Assembly: GCA_030057915.1 (NCBI GenBank)
Contig: JASGUC010000003.1
Coordinates: forward strand, 102,086-166,085
Direction: 5' to 3'
Length of the DNA stretch: 64,000 nt
DNA from: Pseudomonadota bacterium
GTDB lineage: Bacteria; Desulfobacterota; Syntrophia; Syntrophales; UBA8958
Below, one piece after another: positions 9,242 to 18,500 of the stretch. The notes beneath the pieces are model-generated. The model was given only the letters and a program-made list of their open reading frames with translations. It was not told the DNA's origin and made no database searches. A program made the translations under genes and the position numbers. Position 1 is the first letter of the stretch, and the number at the start of each line of letters is the position of its first letter.

Positions 9242-10183
9242 ATGAAAGCGAAGATACGAGAGCGCCTGGCCTCCGTGCCGGCGTTGGAAGCGGGATTCCG
9301 GGACGTGGCCTACATCGTGGACCGCCGGATCGCCACCACGGTATATCTGGCCCATCATCTGGAAAAGCCGATCCTCGTCGAGGGGCCCGCCGGGGTGGGG
9401 AAAACAGAGCTGGCCAAGGCCACGGCGGAGTATCTGGAGCTGCCCTTGATCCGCCTCCAGTGCTACGAGGGGCTCGATGAGGCCAAGGCCCTCTACGAAT
9501 GGAAATACGGCAAGCAACTCCTCTACACCCAGCTCCTCAAGGACAAGCTGGACGACATCATCAGCCGGAAAAACGGCTTCCAGTCGGCCATGGAAAAGCT
9601 GCATCAGTACGACGACATCTTCTTCTCCTGGCCCTTTCTGGAGCCCCGGCCCCTCCTGAAGGCCCTCCAGGAAAAGGACGGCGCCGTCCTCCTCATCGAC
9701 GAGGTGGACAAGTCCGACGAGGAATTCGAGGCCTTTCTCCTGGAGATCCTCTCGGACTTCCAGGTCTCCGTTCCCGAGATCGGCACGATCCGTGCGGCGA
9801 CCAAGCCGTTGGTCTTCCTGACGAGCAACAACACCCGGGAACTCAGCGAGGCCCTCAAGCGCCGCTGTCTCCACCTCTTCATCTCCTTTCCCGAGCCGGC
9901 CCTGGAGCGGGAGATCGTCCTTCGCCGCGTCCCGGGCATCTCCGAGCGCCTGACCCGACAGATCGTCAAGTTCATCCAGGATGTTCGGGAACTGGAGCTG
10001 AAGAAGGTCCCCTCGATCAGCGAAACCATCGACTGGGCGCGGGTCCTGACGATCCTCCATGCCGAGGTCCTGGCGCCGGCGCTGGTCCGGGACACCTTGA
10101 ATACGTTCATCAAGTTCGAAGACGATATCGCCGTCGTGGCGGAAAAAATCCACCAGCTTACGGCAACGGCCATCAGGCAGTGA
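9242..10183 (+). CDS. MoxR-like AAA+ ATPase (CoxD-like)
   Basis: Walker A VEGPAGVGKT, Walker B LLIDEVDKSDEEFEAFLLEIL and sensor region LTSNNTRELSEALKRRC. Start at the ATG at 9242. Confidence 0.85.
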   Translation: MKAKIRERLASVPALEAGFRDVAYIVDRRIATTVYLAHHLEKPILVEGPAGVGKTELAKATAEYLELPLIRLQCYEGLDEAKALYEWKYGKQLLYTQLLKDKLDDIISRKNGFQSAMEKLHQYDDIFFSWPFLEPRPLLKALQEKDGAVLLIDEVDKSDEEFEAFLLEILSDFQVSVPEIGTIRAATKPLVFLTSNNTRELSEALKRRCLHLFISFPEPALEREIVLRRVPGISERLTRQIVKFIQDVRELELKKVPSISETIDWARVLTILHAEVLAPALVRDTLNTFIKFEDDIAVVAEKIHQLTATAIRQ

Positions 10184-10229
10184 ACGGGGGGGAAAGCAGG
10201 GCCGGATAGCCCTCGGGAGAGGAACAACC

Positions 10230-11573
10230 ATGGAAGGGGTCCTGGAAGATTTCATCACCGCCGCCCGCGCCGCCGGGGTCCGCATCTCCATCTCCGAGAC
10301 CCTCGATGCCGTCCGAGCAGCGGCGACGGTGGGTTATGGCGACCGCGCCCTCCTCAAGGACGCCCTGGCCGTATCCCTGGCCAAGACGGCGGCGGAGAAA
10401 CGACTGCTGGAGGATTGTTTCGACAGATTCTTCTCCTTCCACTTTTTCGACGCCGCAAGGAGGGGAACGGACCGGGACGGGGAGGCGCCGCCTCGGGTCG
10501 AGGCGGAATCGCCCCTTGTCCGGATGCTCCTGGAGGAGGATCGGGCCGGGCTCATCGCCGCCATGACCGAAGCGGCCAGGCAGGAAAACCTTTCCCAGAT
10601 CAGATACCTGACGCAGCGCAACCTCTTCGCCTTCCGGCTCCTCTCCCGGATGGGCGCCGAGGATCTGGACCGGCAACTGCGGGGCATGGGGGCCCTCGAT
10701 ACCCCCGGAGCGGTGGCGACGGCGGCCGCCCTGGAGGCGGCGAAACGCTACCTGGTGGAAAACGTGAGGAATTATGTCCAGAGCAGCTATGAGTTATATG
10801 CCGGCGACGAGGGGCTGCGGCATCTGGAGGGCGAGTTGCGCCTCGTCAAGCTTTCCAACATCGAACAGCGCTATTTCGCCCGTATCCACGAAATCATCCG
10901 GCGGATGGTGAAGCGCCTCAACGACCTACACTCCCGGCGGCGGAAACGGGCCCGCCGGGGCGTCCTGGACTTCAAGCGCACCCTTCGGGAAAACATCGCC
11001 TGCCAGGGACTGCTGTTTGCCCCTTCCTGGAAGAAGAAAAAGATCGAGCGCCCCCAGTTCGTCGTGATCTGCGACATCAGCCGTTCGGTGCTGCGCACGG
11101 TGCGGTTTCTCCTCCTCTTCCTGTACGGCCTCAATGAGGAGATCGCCCGGATCCGCACCTTCGTCTTCTGCTCCAACCTGGTGGAAGTCAGCGCCATATT
11201 GGACAGTTATCCCGTGGACGAGGCCCTGAGCCGGATCCAGGGAGGCGCCGACATCCCCCTGATCATGGGGCGGACGGATTACGACCGGTCATTCGGAGAC
11301 TTCCGCCGCAATCACCTTGACGCCGTGACGCGCAAGACGACGGTGCTGATCCTCGGGGACGCCCGGAACAACTACAACGATCCCCGCCCGGATCATCTCA
11401 AGGCGATCCACGACCGCGCCAAGCGCCTGATCTGGCTCAACCCCGAAGTCCCGGCCTTCTGGGGCGCCGGGGATTCGGAACTCCGGCGGTACTCCCCCTA
11501 TTGCTCGGTCATCCGGGAATGCAATACCCTGGATCACATCGAGCGGCTCATCCACGCCCTGATCAGAAGCTGA
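10230..11573 (+). CDS. VWA domain-containing CoxE-like protein
   Basis: 447 aa directly downstream of the MoxR gene. The C-terminal VWA region has a MIDAS-like VVICDISRSV and the conserved LILGDARNNY and WLNPE motifs of the CoxE family. Confidence 0.8.
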   Translation: MEGVLEDFITAARAAGVRISISETLDAVRAAATVGYGDRALLKDALAVSLAKTAAEKRLLEDCFDRFFSFHFFDAARRGTDRDGEAPPRVEAESPLVRMLLEEDRAGLIAAMTEAARQENLSQIRYLTQRNLFAFRLLSRMGAEDLDRQLRGMGALDTPGAVATAAALEAAKRYLVENVRNYVQSSYELYAGDEGLRHLEGELRLVKLSNIEQRYFARIHEIIRRMVKRLNDLHSRRRKRARRGVLDFKRTLRENIACQGLLFAPSWKKKKIERPQFVVICDISRSVLRTVRFLLLFLYGLNEEIARIRTFVFCSNLVEVSAILDSYPVDEALSRIQGGADIPLIMGRTDYDRSFGDFRRNHLDAVTRKTTVLILGDARNNYNDPRPDHLKAIHDRAKRLIWLNPEVPAFWGAGDSELRRYSPYCSVIRECNTLDHIERLIHALIRS

Positions 11574-11600
11574 GGCCTGGCGGATGTCTTCACTCGCCAT

Positions 11601-11932
11601 GAGAGCTTTGAAAATCCAAGCCTTCCCGAGGCCCCGACCAAACCCGGTTTCCAGAACATCTTGAAAAACACGGCATTTGTCTTCCACCGAAATGGCGGCA
11701 GGGGGTCGGCAACGACGTTTTCAAAGGCCTCATCATGCGATTGCAGAGTATTTTGCCGCGTTGGAGGAGAAAAACGCGGACCGGTCATTCTTCGGACCGG
11801 GGTGAATTCGTTCTCGTCGAAATCGGCCGACACAGGCGGGATTTTCATGTTTTGCCGTCACATGAAATCCAGCGCTTGCGGGAAGAACACATTTGCCCTG
11901 ATTCTTCGCCGGCGGCGTTTTTCAAGGGGCTC
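11601..11932. repeat. MITE-like elements: one intact subfamily-B copy (11601-11731) plus a degenerate adjacent copy
   Basis: GAGAGCTTTGAAAAT...TTTTCAAAGGCCTC. The reverse complement of 11601-11731 aligns by eye to 44008-44139 and 46665-46825. The second segment ends TTTTTCAAGGGGCTC at 11918-11932. Confidence 0.65.
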
Positions 11933-11942
11933 GTCCTAACGG

Positions 11943-12443
11943 TCAGGGCCTCCCCTTCTTTTTGCTTTCCAGGTTGGCCAGCCATTTGTCGAGCATCGCC
12001 ATCGGGGAAGGCGGCGGTTCTCGCTCGGCGACCGGGGTGGGAGGGGCCTCCCCTCTATCCGCCCCCGGCATCGTCCGGAGCAGGTTCAGGTCTTTCTCTA
12101 TTTCCGGCCGCAGGGGGGAGTGGGGATTCAGGGCGATAAAGCGCTCATAGTAACGGATCGCCTCCCAAGCCAGGCCTTTATCCCGGCAGATCCGCCCCAC
12201 AAGCCGATAGATCTCCGAATATCCCCGGATGATCTCTTCCGTTTCCGCGATAACCTCCTGGGCCTCCTCGTCGTATCCCATCCCCCAGAGGGCTTCGCAC
12301 AGGATGAGCCTTGCCTCCACGTCGCCGGGAATTTCGGCCAGCCTGGCCTCCGCGAGGTCCCGGGCCTGGTCGTACATGCCCCGATCCAGAAGGACGCGGG
12401 TCCGTGAGGCAAAATCTTCCCTGTCGCGATCGAAAGTCTCCAT
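11943..12443 (-). CDS. TPR-repeat protein (small)
   Basis: Start moved to the ATG at 12443 (METFDRD...), which has the SD AAAGGAGAAG. TPR-like helices are present (YDQARDLAEARL, ILCEALWGMGYDEEAQE, RYYERFIALNPH). The longer ORF would overlap the upstream gene. Confidence 0.65.
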   Translation of the reverse strand: METFDRDREDFASRTRVLLDRGMYDQARDLAEARLAEIPGDVEARLILCEALWGMGYDEEAQEVIAETEEIIRGYSEIYRLVGRICRDKGLAWEAIRYYERFIALNPHSPLRPEIEKDLNLLRTMPGADRGEAPPTPVAEREPPPSPMAMLDKWLANLESKKKGRP

Positions 12444-12537
12444 GGGTCTTCTCCTTTTTATCTTGTGCGAAAATGCCGTCGCGCGGCCTCCCTCAAGCCA
12501 TTTGCATCGTTTGGGGGTTTTGGACGGCCAGGGCCAT

Positions 12538-13017
12538 TCATTTGGGAAACAGCTTCCGCAATGCGCCGTCCACCTGGCGATAATTCCTGGTGACGATCGA
12601 TCCGTTGTCGATGAGAACCATGGTGGGAACCCCGACGATCCGGTAGGCCGCCGCCACGGCTCCCGTTTCATCCAGTAGGACCCGATACGGCAGCCTGTAC
12701 CGGGCGGCAAAACGGGCGACCTTGTCCTGGGACTCCTGGATGTCGATGCTGGCCATCACGAGACCCCGGGGGGTGTAGGCATGGTATATCTCCTTGAAAT
12801 GTGGGATTTCGGAACGACACGAGGCGCACCAGGTGGTCCCGAAGACGAGGAGAACGGTTTTCCTGCCATGGTCGTTCATGCTGAAGATCCGGCCGTCGAT
12901 GCCCCGGATGCCAAACAGCGGCGCCCGTTCCTGGGCGACGCCCCGAGCGGCGGCGGAAGGGAAGGCCGCCGCGACGATCACGGCGGCCACGAAAAAACAA
13001 CGGGCGAGTCTTGTCAT
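12538..13017 (-). CDS. TlpA/ResA-like periplasmic thiol:disulfide oxidoreductase
   Basis: Signal peptide (MTRLARCFFVAAVIVAAAFPSAAA) and thioredoxin-fold motif LLVFGTTWCASCRSEIP. It lies next to ccdA. Confidence 0.8.
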   Translation of the reverse strand: MTRLARCFFVAAVIVAAAFPSAAARGVAQERAPLFGIRGIDGRIFSMNDHGRKTVLLVFGTTWCASCRSEIPHFKEIYHAYTPRGLVMASIDIQESQDKVARFAARYRLPYRVLLDETGAVAAAYRIVGVPTMVLIDNGSIVTRNYRQVDGALRKLFPK

Positions 13018-13093
13018 GGCGTCTCCTTGTGTTTCCTTGAAGCGACGGTCGCTCCTAATTTGCTCTCCTTGTTTCAAGGCGCCGCCACCGGGG

Positions 13094-13810
13094 TCAGCAC
13101 CAGAGCATCCCCGCCTGGAGGAGGAAATATTCCCCCGCGGCGATCATCAGCCACCCGAAGATTTTGTTCACCCTGGTCATCCATGTCCCCGAGCGGGGCA
13201 GATTGGCCAGGATGCCCGCCGAGGTTCCGAGGATGATCAGGAGGGTGCCCATGCCGAGGGAGAAGACAAACAGCAGCGTCATGGCATAGGGGACGCTCTG
13301 CCGGGTGGCGGCGAAACTCAACAGTACGGCCAGCACCGGGGCCGTGCAGGGTCCCATGACGAGGCCCGAGGCGGCGCCAACCAGGAGCGCGCCGACGGCC
13401 CCCCGGGTCTTTTCCCGGGGCTGCAGCCGGATTGCGAACCGGGGCGTCCGGATGGGCAGGGCAAAGGCATCCAGCATGGACAGACCCATGAGCAGGCAGA
13501 CATTGGCCATGAGGAAAAACATCCAGGGATTGCTCTGGATCCGGCCGAACAGTTGTCCCGTAAGGGCTGCCGCGGCGCCGATGGCGGTGTAGGTTATGGC
13601 CATGCCGAAGACGTAAAACAGTGAAAGGAAAAAGCCCTTGAGTCTGGATCCGCCGCCGTGGGCGCCGATAAAGGCCACGGTCAGCGGCGCCACCGGATAG
13701 GTGCAGGGGGTGAAGCTCACCAGGACCCCGCCGGCATACGCCGCCAGATAGGACAGGAGCGCGGAGTTCTGGAGATGTTGGGCGATGTTTTCGACGAACG
13801 CTTCTAACAT
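13094..13810 (-). CDS. ccdA: cytochrome c biogenesis protein CcdA / DsbD transmembrane-domain protein
   Basis: 238-aa polytopic membrane protein with the FTPCTYPV and MGPCTAPVL Cys-Pro motifs typical of CcdA/DsbD-beta. Confidence 0.85.
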   Translation of the reverse strand: MLEAFVENIAQHLQNSALLSYLAAYAGGVLVSFTPCTYPVAPLTVAFIGAHGGGSRLKGFFLSLFYVFGMAITYTAIGAAAALTGQLFGRIQSNPWMFFLMANVCLLMGLSMLDAFALPIRTPRFAIRLQPREKTRGAVGALLVGAASGLVMGPCTAPVLAVLLSFAATRQSVPYAMTLLFVFSLGMGTLLIILGTSAGILANLPRSGTWMTRVNKIFGWLMIAAGEYFLLQAGMLWC

Positions 13811-13885
13811 GACGAGACGGCGTTTTCCCCCGACGACGGGATTTAGGCGCGAGTCGCCGCCGCGGGGCCTCTGGTCTTCACCGCT

Positions 13886-15814
13886 TCAGATCCCCATCCC
13901 GGCGGCGAAACCCTCTTCCATCGCTTCCTTGATCATCCGGGGGCCCACGCAGTCGCCCACGGCGTGGAACTCCGGGGCCACCCCGCGGAAGCGCTCCACC
14001 GCCGCCGGGTCCGCTCTGAGACCGGCGGCGAGAACGATCCAGTCGCCGGCGATGAAATTCGCCACGCCGCCGCGGCTTACCCGCACGCCGTCCGCGGTGA
14101 TTTCCTCCACCCGGGTTTCGGTCTCCATGCGGACGCCCTTTTCCTGCAACCGCGCCAGGAAAAAGGGCCGGTAGGTTATGGAGACCGTGGGCGCCATGCG
14201 GTCCAGCATCTCCAATACGACGACGGAGGCAACGTCGCCCCGATCCAGAAGAAATTCCGCCGTTTCGCAGCCCACAAGGCCGCCGCCGATTACGATCACG
14301 GCGCCGCGGACCGTTCTTCGCCCCGTCAGGATATCTTCCGCGGGGACGACGTGGGGGGCGTCGATGCCCGGAATGGGAGGGATCAGGGGGGAGGCGCCGG
14401 CGGCGAATATGAGCGCGTCCGGTTCCGCGGCGGCCAGGGCCCCGGGCGCCGCCTCATGACGGAGACGGATCTCCACCCCCGCCTTTTGGGCCCGTGCGGC
14501 GAGACTCCCGGCCAGGGCGGCGATCTCCTCCTTGTGGGGCGGCAGGCAGCCGACCCGGAGCCAGCCGCCGGTCTCCTCCTCCCGCTCGAAGAGGGTGACC
14601 CGATGGCCTCGCAGGGCGGCGACGCGGGCCGCCTCCAGGCCGGCGGGACCGCCGCCGACCACGAAGACCTTTTTGGCTTTGCCGGCGGGTTCGGGAGGGG
14701 GCTCGCCCTCCCGGCCCGCCAGGGGATTTACGCTGCAGAAGACGTTGGCCCCGGCGCCCCAGTTTTTGTAAATGGCCAGGATCTCGCCCAGGCAGCGGGA
14801 ACAGGCGATGCAGGGTACTATCTCGTCCGTCCGTCCCGCTTGCGCCTTGTTGGGCAGTTCGGGATCGGCCAGGAGGGGCCGGGCCATGCCGACGAGGTCC
14901 GCCTGGCCGGCGGCCAGGATCTTCTCGGCGGTGAACGGATCGTTGATCCGGTTGGCGGCGATGACCGGGATGCCCACGACCCCCCGGATCGCCCCGGCCA
15001 GGTGGGCGAAGCCGCCCTTGGGCACGGAGGGGGCGACGGTGGGGATGGAGGATTCGTGCCAGCCCGTGTAGGAGTCGATGAAATCGACGCCCGCTTTTTC
15101 CAGTTCCCGGGCGACCGCCATGGACTCGGCGATGGCGTGCCCTCCGGGCATCTGCTCGTCGAGGTTCAGACGGATCCCCAGGGGAAAGTCGTCGCCCACG
15201 GCCGCCCGGATGGCGGCGACGACCTCCCGGACGATCCGCAGCCGGTTTTCCAGGCTGCCGCCGTATTCATCCTCCCGGAGGTTGGCGATGGGGGAGAGGA
15301 AGCGGTTCAGCAGGTAGCCGCCGCCCACGAGGACCTCCAGGGCGTCGAACCCCCCCTCCCGGACCCGGCGGGCGGCGCTTCCGTAAGCCGCGACGATGGA
15401 TTCTATCTCCGGGACGGTCAAGGCTCGGGGCATGCGGCGCAGGACCCTGTTCAGGACGGGGGAGGGGCCCACCGCTTCGGGGGCGCCGCTTCCCAGGGTG
15501 ACATGATACGAGGCGATGAGCTGGCAGGAGGATTTCGCCCCATGGGCCCGGATGGCCGCCGTCAACCGGCTCACCCCGGGTAGAAATCGATCGTCGAAGA
15601 TCCCCGGTTCCGCCGGGGAACCGGCGGCGACGGGGGAAAAGGGGATGACGATCAGGCCGGCGCCGCCTTTGGCCCGGGCGGCGAAGAAGGCGATGAAACG
15701 GTCGCCGACGGTTTCGTCGAGTTCGCCGTAACCGGTGGTCATGGGTAGCATGACGATCCGGTTACGCAGCTCCATCTTTCCGATCTGGAACGGGGTGAAC
15801 AGATGCTTGAACAT
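13886..15814 (-). CDS. NADH:flavin (OYE-type) oxidoreductase fused to FAD/NAD(P)-binding domain, 2,4-dienoyl-CoA reductase (FadH)-like
   Basis: N-terminus LFTPFQIGKMELRNRIVMLPM is OYE-like. Cys cluster CIACSRC...C follows, then Rossmann motif VFVVGGGPAGLEAA. Start at the ATG at 15814 with SD GAGGAGG. Confidence 0.85.
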   Translation of the reverse strand: MFKHLFTPFQIGKMELRNRIVMLPMTTGYGELDETVGDRFIAFFAARAKGGAGLIVIPFSPVAAGSPAEPGIFDDRFLPGVSRLTAAIRAHGAKSSCQLIASYHVTLGSGAPEAVGPSPVLNRVLRRMPRALTVPEIESIVAAYGSAARRVREGGFDALEVLVGGGYLLNRFLSPIANLREDEYGGSLENRLRIVREVVAAIRAAVGDDFPLGIRLNLDEQMPGGHAIAESMAVARELEKAGVDFIDSYTGWHESSIPTVAPSVPKGGFAHLAGAIRGVVGIPVIAANRINDPFTAEKILAAGQADLVGMARPLLADPELPNKAQAGRTDEIVPCIACSRCLGEILAIYKNWGAGANVFCSVNPLAGREGEPPPEPAGKAKKVFVVGGGPAGLEAARVAALRGHRVTLFEREEETGGWLRVGCLPPHKEEIAALAGSLAARAQKAGVEIRLRHEAAPGALAAAEPDALIFAAGASPLIPPIPGIDAPHVVPAEDILTGRRTVRGAVIVIGGGLVGCETAEFLLDRGDVASVVVLEMLDRMAPTVSITYRPFFLARLQEKGVRMETETRVEEITADGVRVSRGGVANFIAGDWIVLAAGLRADPAAVERFRGVAPEFHAVGDCVGPRMIKEAMEEGFAAGMGI

Positions 15815-15848
15815 GGCGCCTCCTCGTGGTTCTTCTTGTCTTTGGGGG

Positions 15849-15877
15849 AGTATAGGGCAGGGCGGCGGGGGTGTCAA
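15849..15877 (-). promoter_or_regulatory. near-consensus sigma70 promoter for the fadH-like gene
   Basis: On the minus strand: TTGACA (15877-15872), 17 nt, TATACT (15854-15849), about 35 nt upstream of the start codon. Confidence 0.45.
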
Positions 15878-16184
15878 AGGAATTTTGGCCCGTCGGAGGC
15901 CCCGCACGGCGCCGTGGGATGAAGGGGGCGCACCTCCTCCCACCCCGGCATTTCCCGAATGAACCGAAAAGATGCCCAGTTGCCTTGGCGGCTACGAAGA
16001 GGCCGTCCATATCGATGATGTCGATTATGTCGCGGCAGGGGACAATCCCCCCCCCCCTGATCCAGCTCCCTTCTCCTCATTGCAGGGAGGGGCGCCGTGG
16101 GCGCGGGGAAAAACAGGCCTCGTTCATCCCGTCGTCTCCTCGAGGCTAGGGAAGCCGCGGGCGCGGGGAAAGGATCCGAAGCCT

Positions 16185-16832
16185 TCATTTGATCTTCTTG
16201 ATGTCCGCCTCCCTCCCCACGATTACCAACACGTCCCCGTCCTTGATGACAAAACTTGCCGGAGGAATCATGTGGATACGGTCCAGAAGGACGTCGCGGA
16301 TGGCGATGACCTCGATGTGGCACCTGTTGCGCAGTTGCAGCTCGGCGATGGTCTTGCCGAAAAAGGTGTCCGGCGGGGCCATTTCGAAGATCATGTAATC
16401 GTCGGAAAGGGGTAGATAGTCGAGGACGTTCGGGGAGATGATGCTCCGGGCAAGTTTGCCGGCGATTTCCTTTTCCGGGATGATAACATCCGTGGCGCCC
16501 ACCTTTTCCAAAATCATTTTATGATCTTCATTGGGGGCCTTCACGATGATGTTCTTGACCTTGAGTTGTTTCAAGTGCAGGGTAATCAAGGTGCTGGCGG
16601 CCAGGTCTTCGCCGAAGGAGATGATCACGGTGTCATCTTCCTGGATGCCGATCAATTCCATGACCTCCCTGTCGGCGCCGTCGGCGACGATGGCCTTGGT
16701 GGAAAAATCCTTGACCTTCTGTACGGCCTCCTTGCTCTTGTCGAGGGCATAGACCTCAAACCCGGCCTCATAAAGATCCCGCACGACATTGATGCCGAAG
16801 ATTCCCAACCCGATGACGACGATCCTATTCAT
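16185..16832 (-). CDS. trkA: Trk/Ktr potassium uptake system NAD-binding subunit
   Basis: MNRIVVIGLGIFG Rossmann motif followed by an RCK_C-like C-terminus. SD AAGGAA precedes the ATG at 16832. The alternative ATG at 16850 overlaps the trkH stop (ATGA). Confidence 0.85.
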   Translation of the reverse strand: MNRIVVIGLGIFGINVVRDLYEAGFEVYALDKSKEAVQKVKDFSTKAIVADGADREVMELIGIQEDDTVIISFGEDLAASTLITLHLKQLKVKNIIVKAPNEDHKMILEKVGATDVIIPEKEIAGKLARSIISPNVLDYLPLSDDYMIFEMAPPDTFFGKTIAELQLRNRCHIEVIAIRDVLLDRIHMIPPASFVIKDGDVLVIVGREADIKKIK

Positions 16833-16846
16833 GGTTCGTTCCTTTC

Positions 16847-18289
16847 TCATCCCACCATGACCTGTTCCTCGGCGTAAGTGAGCCCCTTCCTTGGGGTGCT
16901 CCAGGCGAAGGCGAGGGTCAGGGGTCCCACCCGTCCGGCAAACATGATCATGATTATTGCCAGCTTTTGAATAACGTTTAGATTGGCCGTGATGCCCATG
17001 GAAAGACCCACCGTTCCGAAGGCCGACACGGTTTCAAACAGGTATTCCACGAAAAGATGACGGCTTTGGAGAGGGGCTTCGGCGGCGTCGGCGAATAACA
17101 GGAGGATGGAGGTAACGATACAGACAGAGAAGGCCGAAGCAAAAACTATGGAGATGGCGCGGCTGAGGATTTCCTTCGGGATGGTCCGGTTGAACATGTT
17201 GACCTCCTCCTGACCTTTGATTCGGTTCCAGATCATGAAGATCAGCAGGGCAAAGCTCGTCGTCTTGATGCCGCCGCCCGTGGAACCGGGAGACGCCCCG
17301 ATGAACATGAGGATAATCAGGGCAAGGATGGTGGCGTTGGTGAGACGGCCGATATCGACGGTGTTGAAGCCGCTGGTCCGGGCGGAGACGGAGTGGAAGG
17401 AGGAGGCGAGGAACGATGTCTGGAACGAGGCGTCCCTGAGGAGGGAGTTCATCTCGAATACATAGAAACAGGCCGCGCCGCAGGCAATGAGGACCCCCGT
17501 CATGATGAGGACAATCCGGCAGTGGATGGAGATTTTCTTGATCCGGCCCCGGATTACCGCCGCTACTTCATATTGGACGATAAAGCCAATGCCCCCCAGG
17601 ACGATTAGGCCCATGATCGTCAAATTGGTCATCCAGTCGTCCCGGTAATTGACGAGATTGTTGGAAAAGAGGGAATAACCGCAGTTGTTGAAGGCGGAAA
17701 CGGCGTGAAAAACGGCCTGGTAGAGGGCGTGCGCCGGCGGAAAATCGAAGGAAAAGCGAAGGAAAAGGAGGAGCGTCCCCAGTCCTTCGATGACGAACGT
17801 CGAAAGGATCACCCACTTCATGACGGGCAGAATGTCTCGCCGGGGCGTATGGAGGAAGGTGGATTGGACGATTTCCCTCTCCTTGAAGGTTATCCGCCGG
17901 CCCATCATTCCGAAGAAGACGACGGAAAAGGTTATGATGCCCAGCCCGCCGATCTGGAAGAGAATCAGCAATGTGAGCTGACCCGGGAACGAAAGCGCCT
18001 TGCCGACATCGATGGTTGCCAGCCCCGTCACACAGACCGCCGACGTCGCATTGAACAGGGCGTCGATAAAGGCGATATGTCCCTCGGCGGCGGAAAAGGG
18101 AAGCCACAGGAGCAGCGTGCCCAGGAGGATCAAACCCGCAAAGCCCAGGATGAATATCCGCGTCGGGCTAAACAGGGGCGAGAGAAACGCCTTCAGGCGC
18201 ATCGGAGACGCGGCGATCATGGTCCGCTCGGGGAGAGTATTATCATGGATTGCCCTGCCTTGGCCGGATGAAAATATAAGATACACCAC
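16847..18289 (-). CDS. trkH: TrkH/KtrB-family potassium transporter
   Basis: 480-aa polytopic membrane protein with selectivity-filter-like motifs VCVTGL, FNNCGYS, ARTSGFN and GTVGLS. The start is uncertain: GTG 18289, ATG 18220 or ATG 18202. Confidence 0.85.
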   Translation of the reverse strand: MVYLIFSSGQGRAIHDNTLPERTMIAASPMRLKAFLSPLFSPTRIFILGFAGLILLGTLLLWLPFSAAEGHIAFIDALFNATSAVCVTGLATIDVGKALSFPGQLTLLILFQIGGLGIITFSVVFFGMMGRRITFKEREIVQSTFLHTPRRDILPVMKWVILSTFVIEGLGTLLLFLRFSFDFPPAHALYQAVFHAVSAFNNCGYSLFSNNLVNYRDDWMTNLTIMGLIVLGGIGFIVQYEVAAVIRGRIKKISIHCRIVLIMTGVLIACGAACFYVFEMNSLLRDASFQTSFLASSFHSVSARTSGFNTVDIGRLTNATILALIILMFIGASPGSTGGGIKTTSFALLIFMIWNRIKGQEEVNMFNRTIPKEILSRAISIVFASAFSVCIVTSILLLFADAAEAPLQSRHLFVEYLFETVSAFGTVGLSMGITANLNVIQKLAIIMIMFAGRVGPLTLAFAWSTPRKGLTYAEEQVMVG

Positions 18290-18343
18290 TACCCGGCGCC
18301 ATTATACCACGCCGTGAAATGACTTTCATGATTTTGTCGTTGC

Positions 18344-18473
18344 GAGACCTTTGCAAAACCCCCTTGCGTCCTCCCCATGGCCCCTCCCGGGAAGCCGGGA
18401 AGCCGGTGTCTTCAACTTTTTTTCTGGATGTCGGGTCAAGACAGGGCATGGGCGGCAGCTTTTCAAAGGTCTC
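18344..18473. repeat. MITE-like element, subfamily A
   Basis: GAGACCTTTGCAAAA...TTTTCAAAGGTCTC, 130 bp. Flanks are GTTGC and GTTGT. Confidence 0.75.
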
Positions 18474-18500
18474 GTTGTCTGTAAGGAGAGGATAACGGGA

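Noticed and set aside
7729-10291. Long minus-strand ORFs 7729..9243 (504 aa) and 8948..10291 (447 aa)
   Set aside because: They are antisense to the MarR/ACAD/MoxR genes, with low-complexity Pro/Gly/Arg composition.
13964-15583. 539-aa ORF antisense to the fadH-like gene
   Set aside because: It is a shadow ORF, and the sense-strand product has OYE, Fe-S and Rossmann motifs.
15944-16184. Short direct repeat GGGCGCGGGGAAA (about 16097 and about 16157) in the fadH-trkA spacer
   Set aside because: It has only two 13-bp copies in GC-rich DNA and no associated structure or gene. That is insufficient to call a feature.
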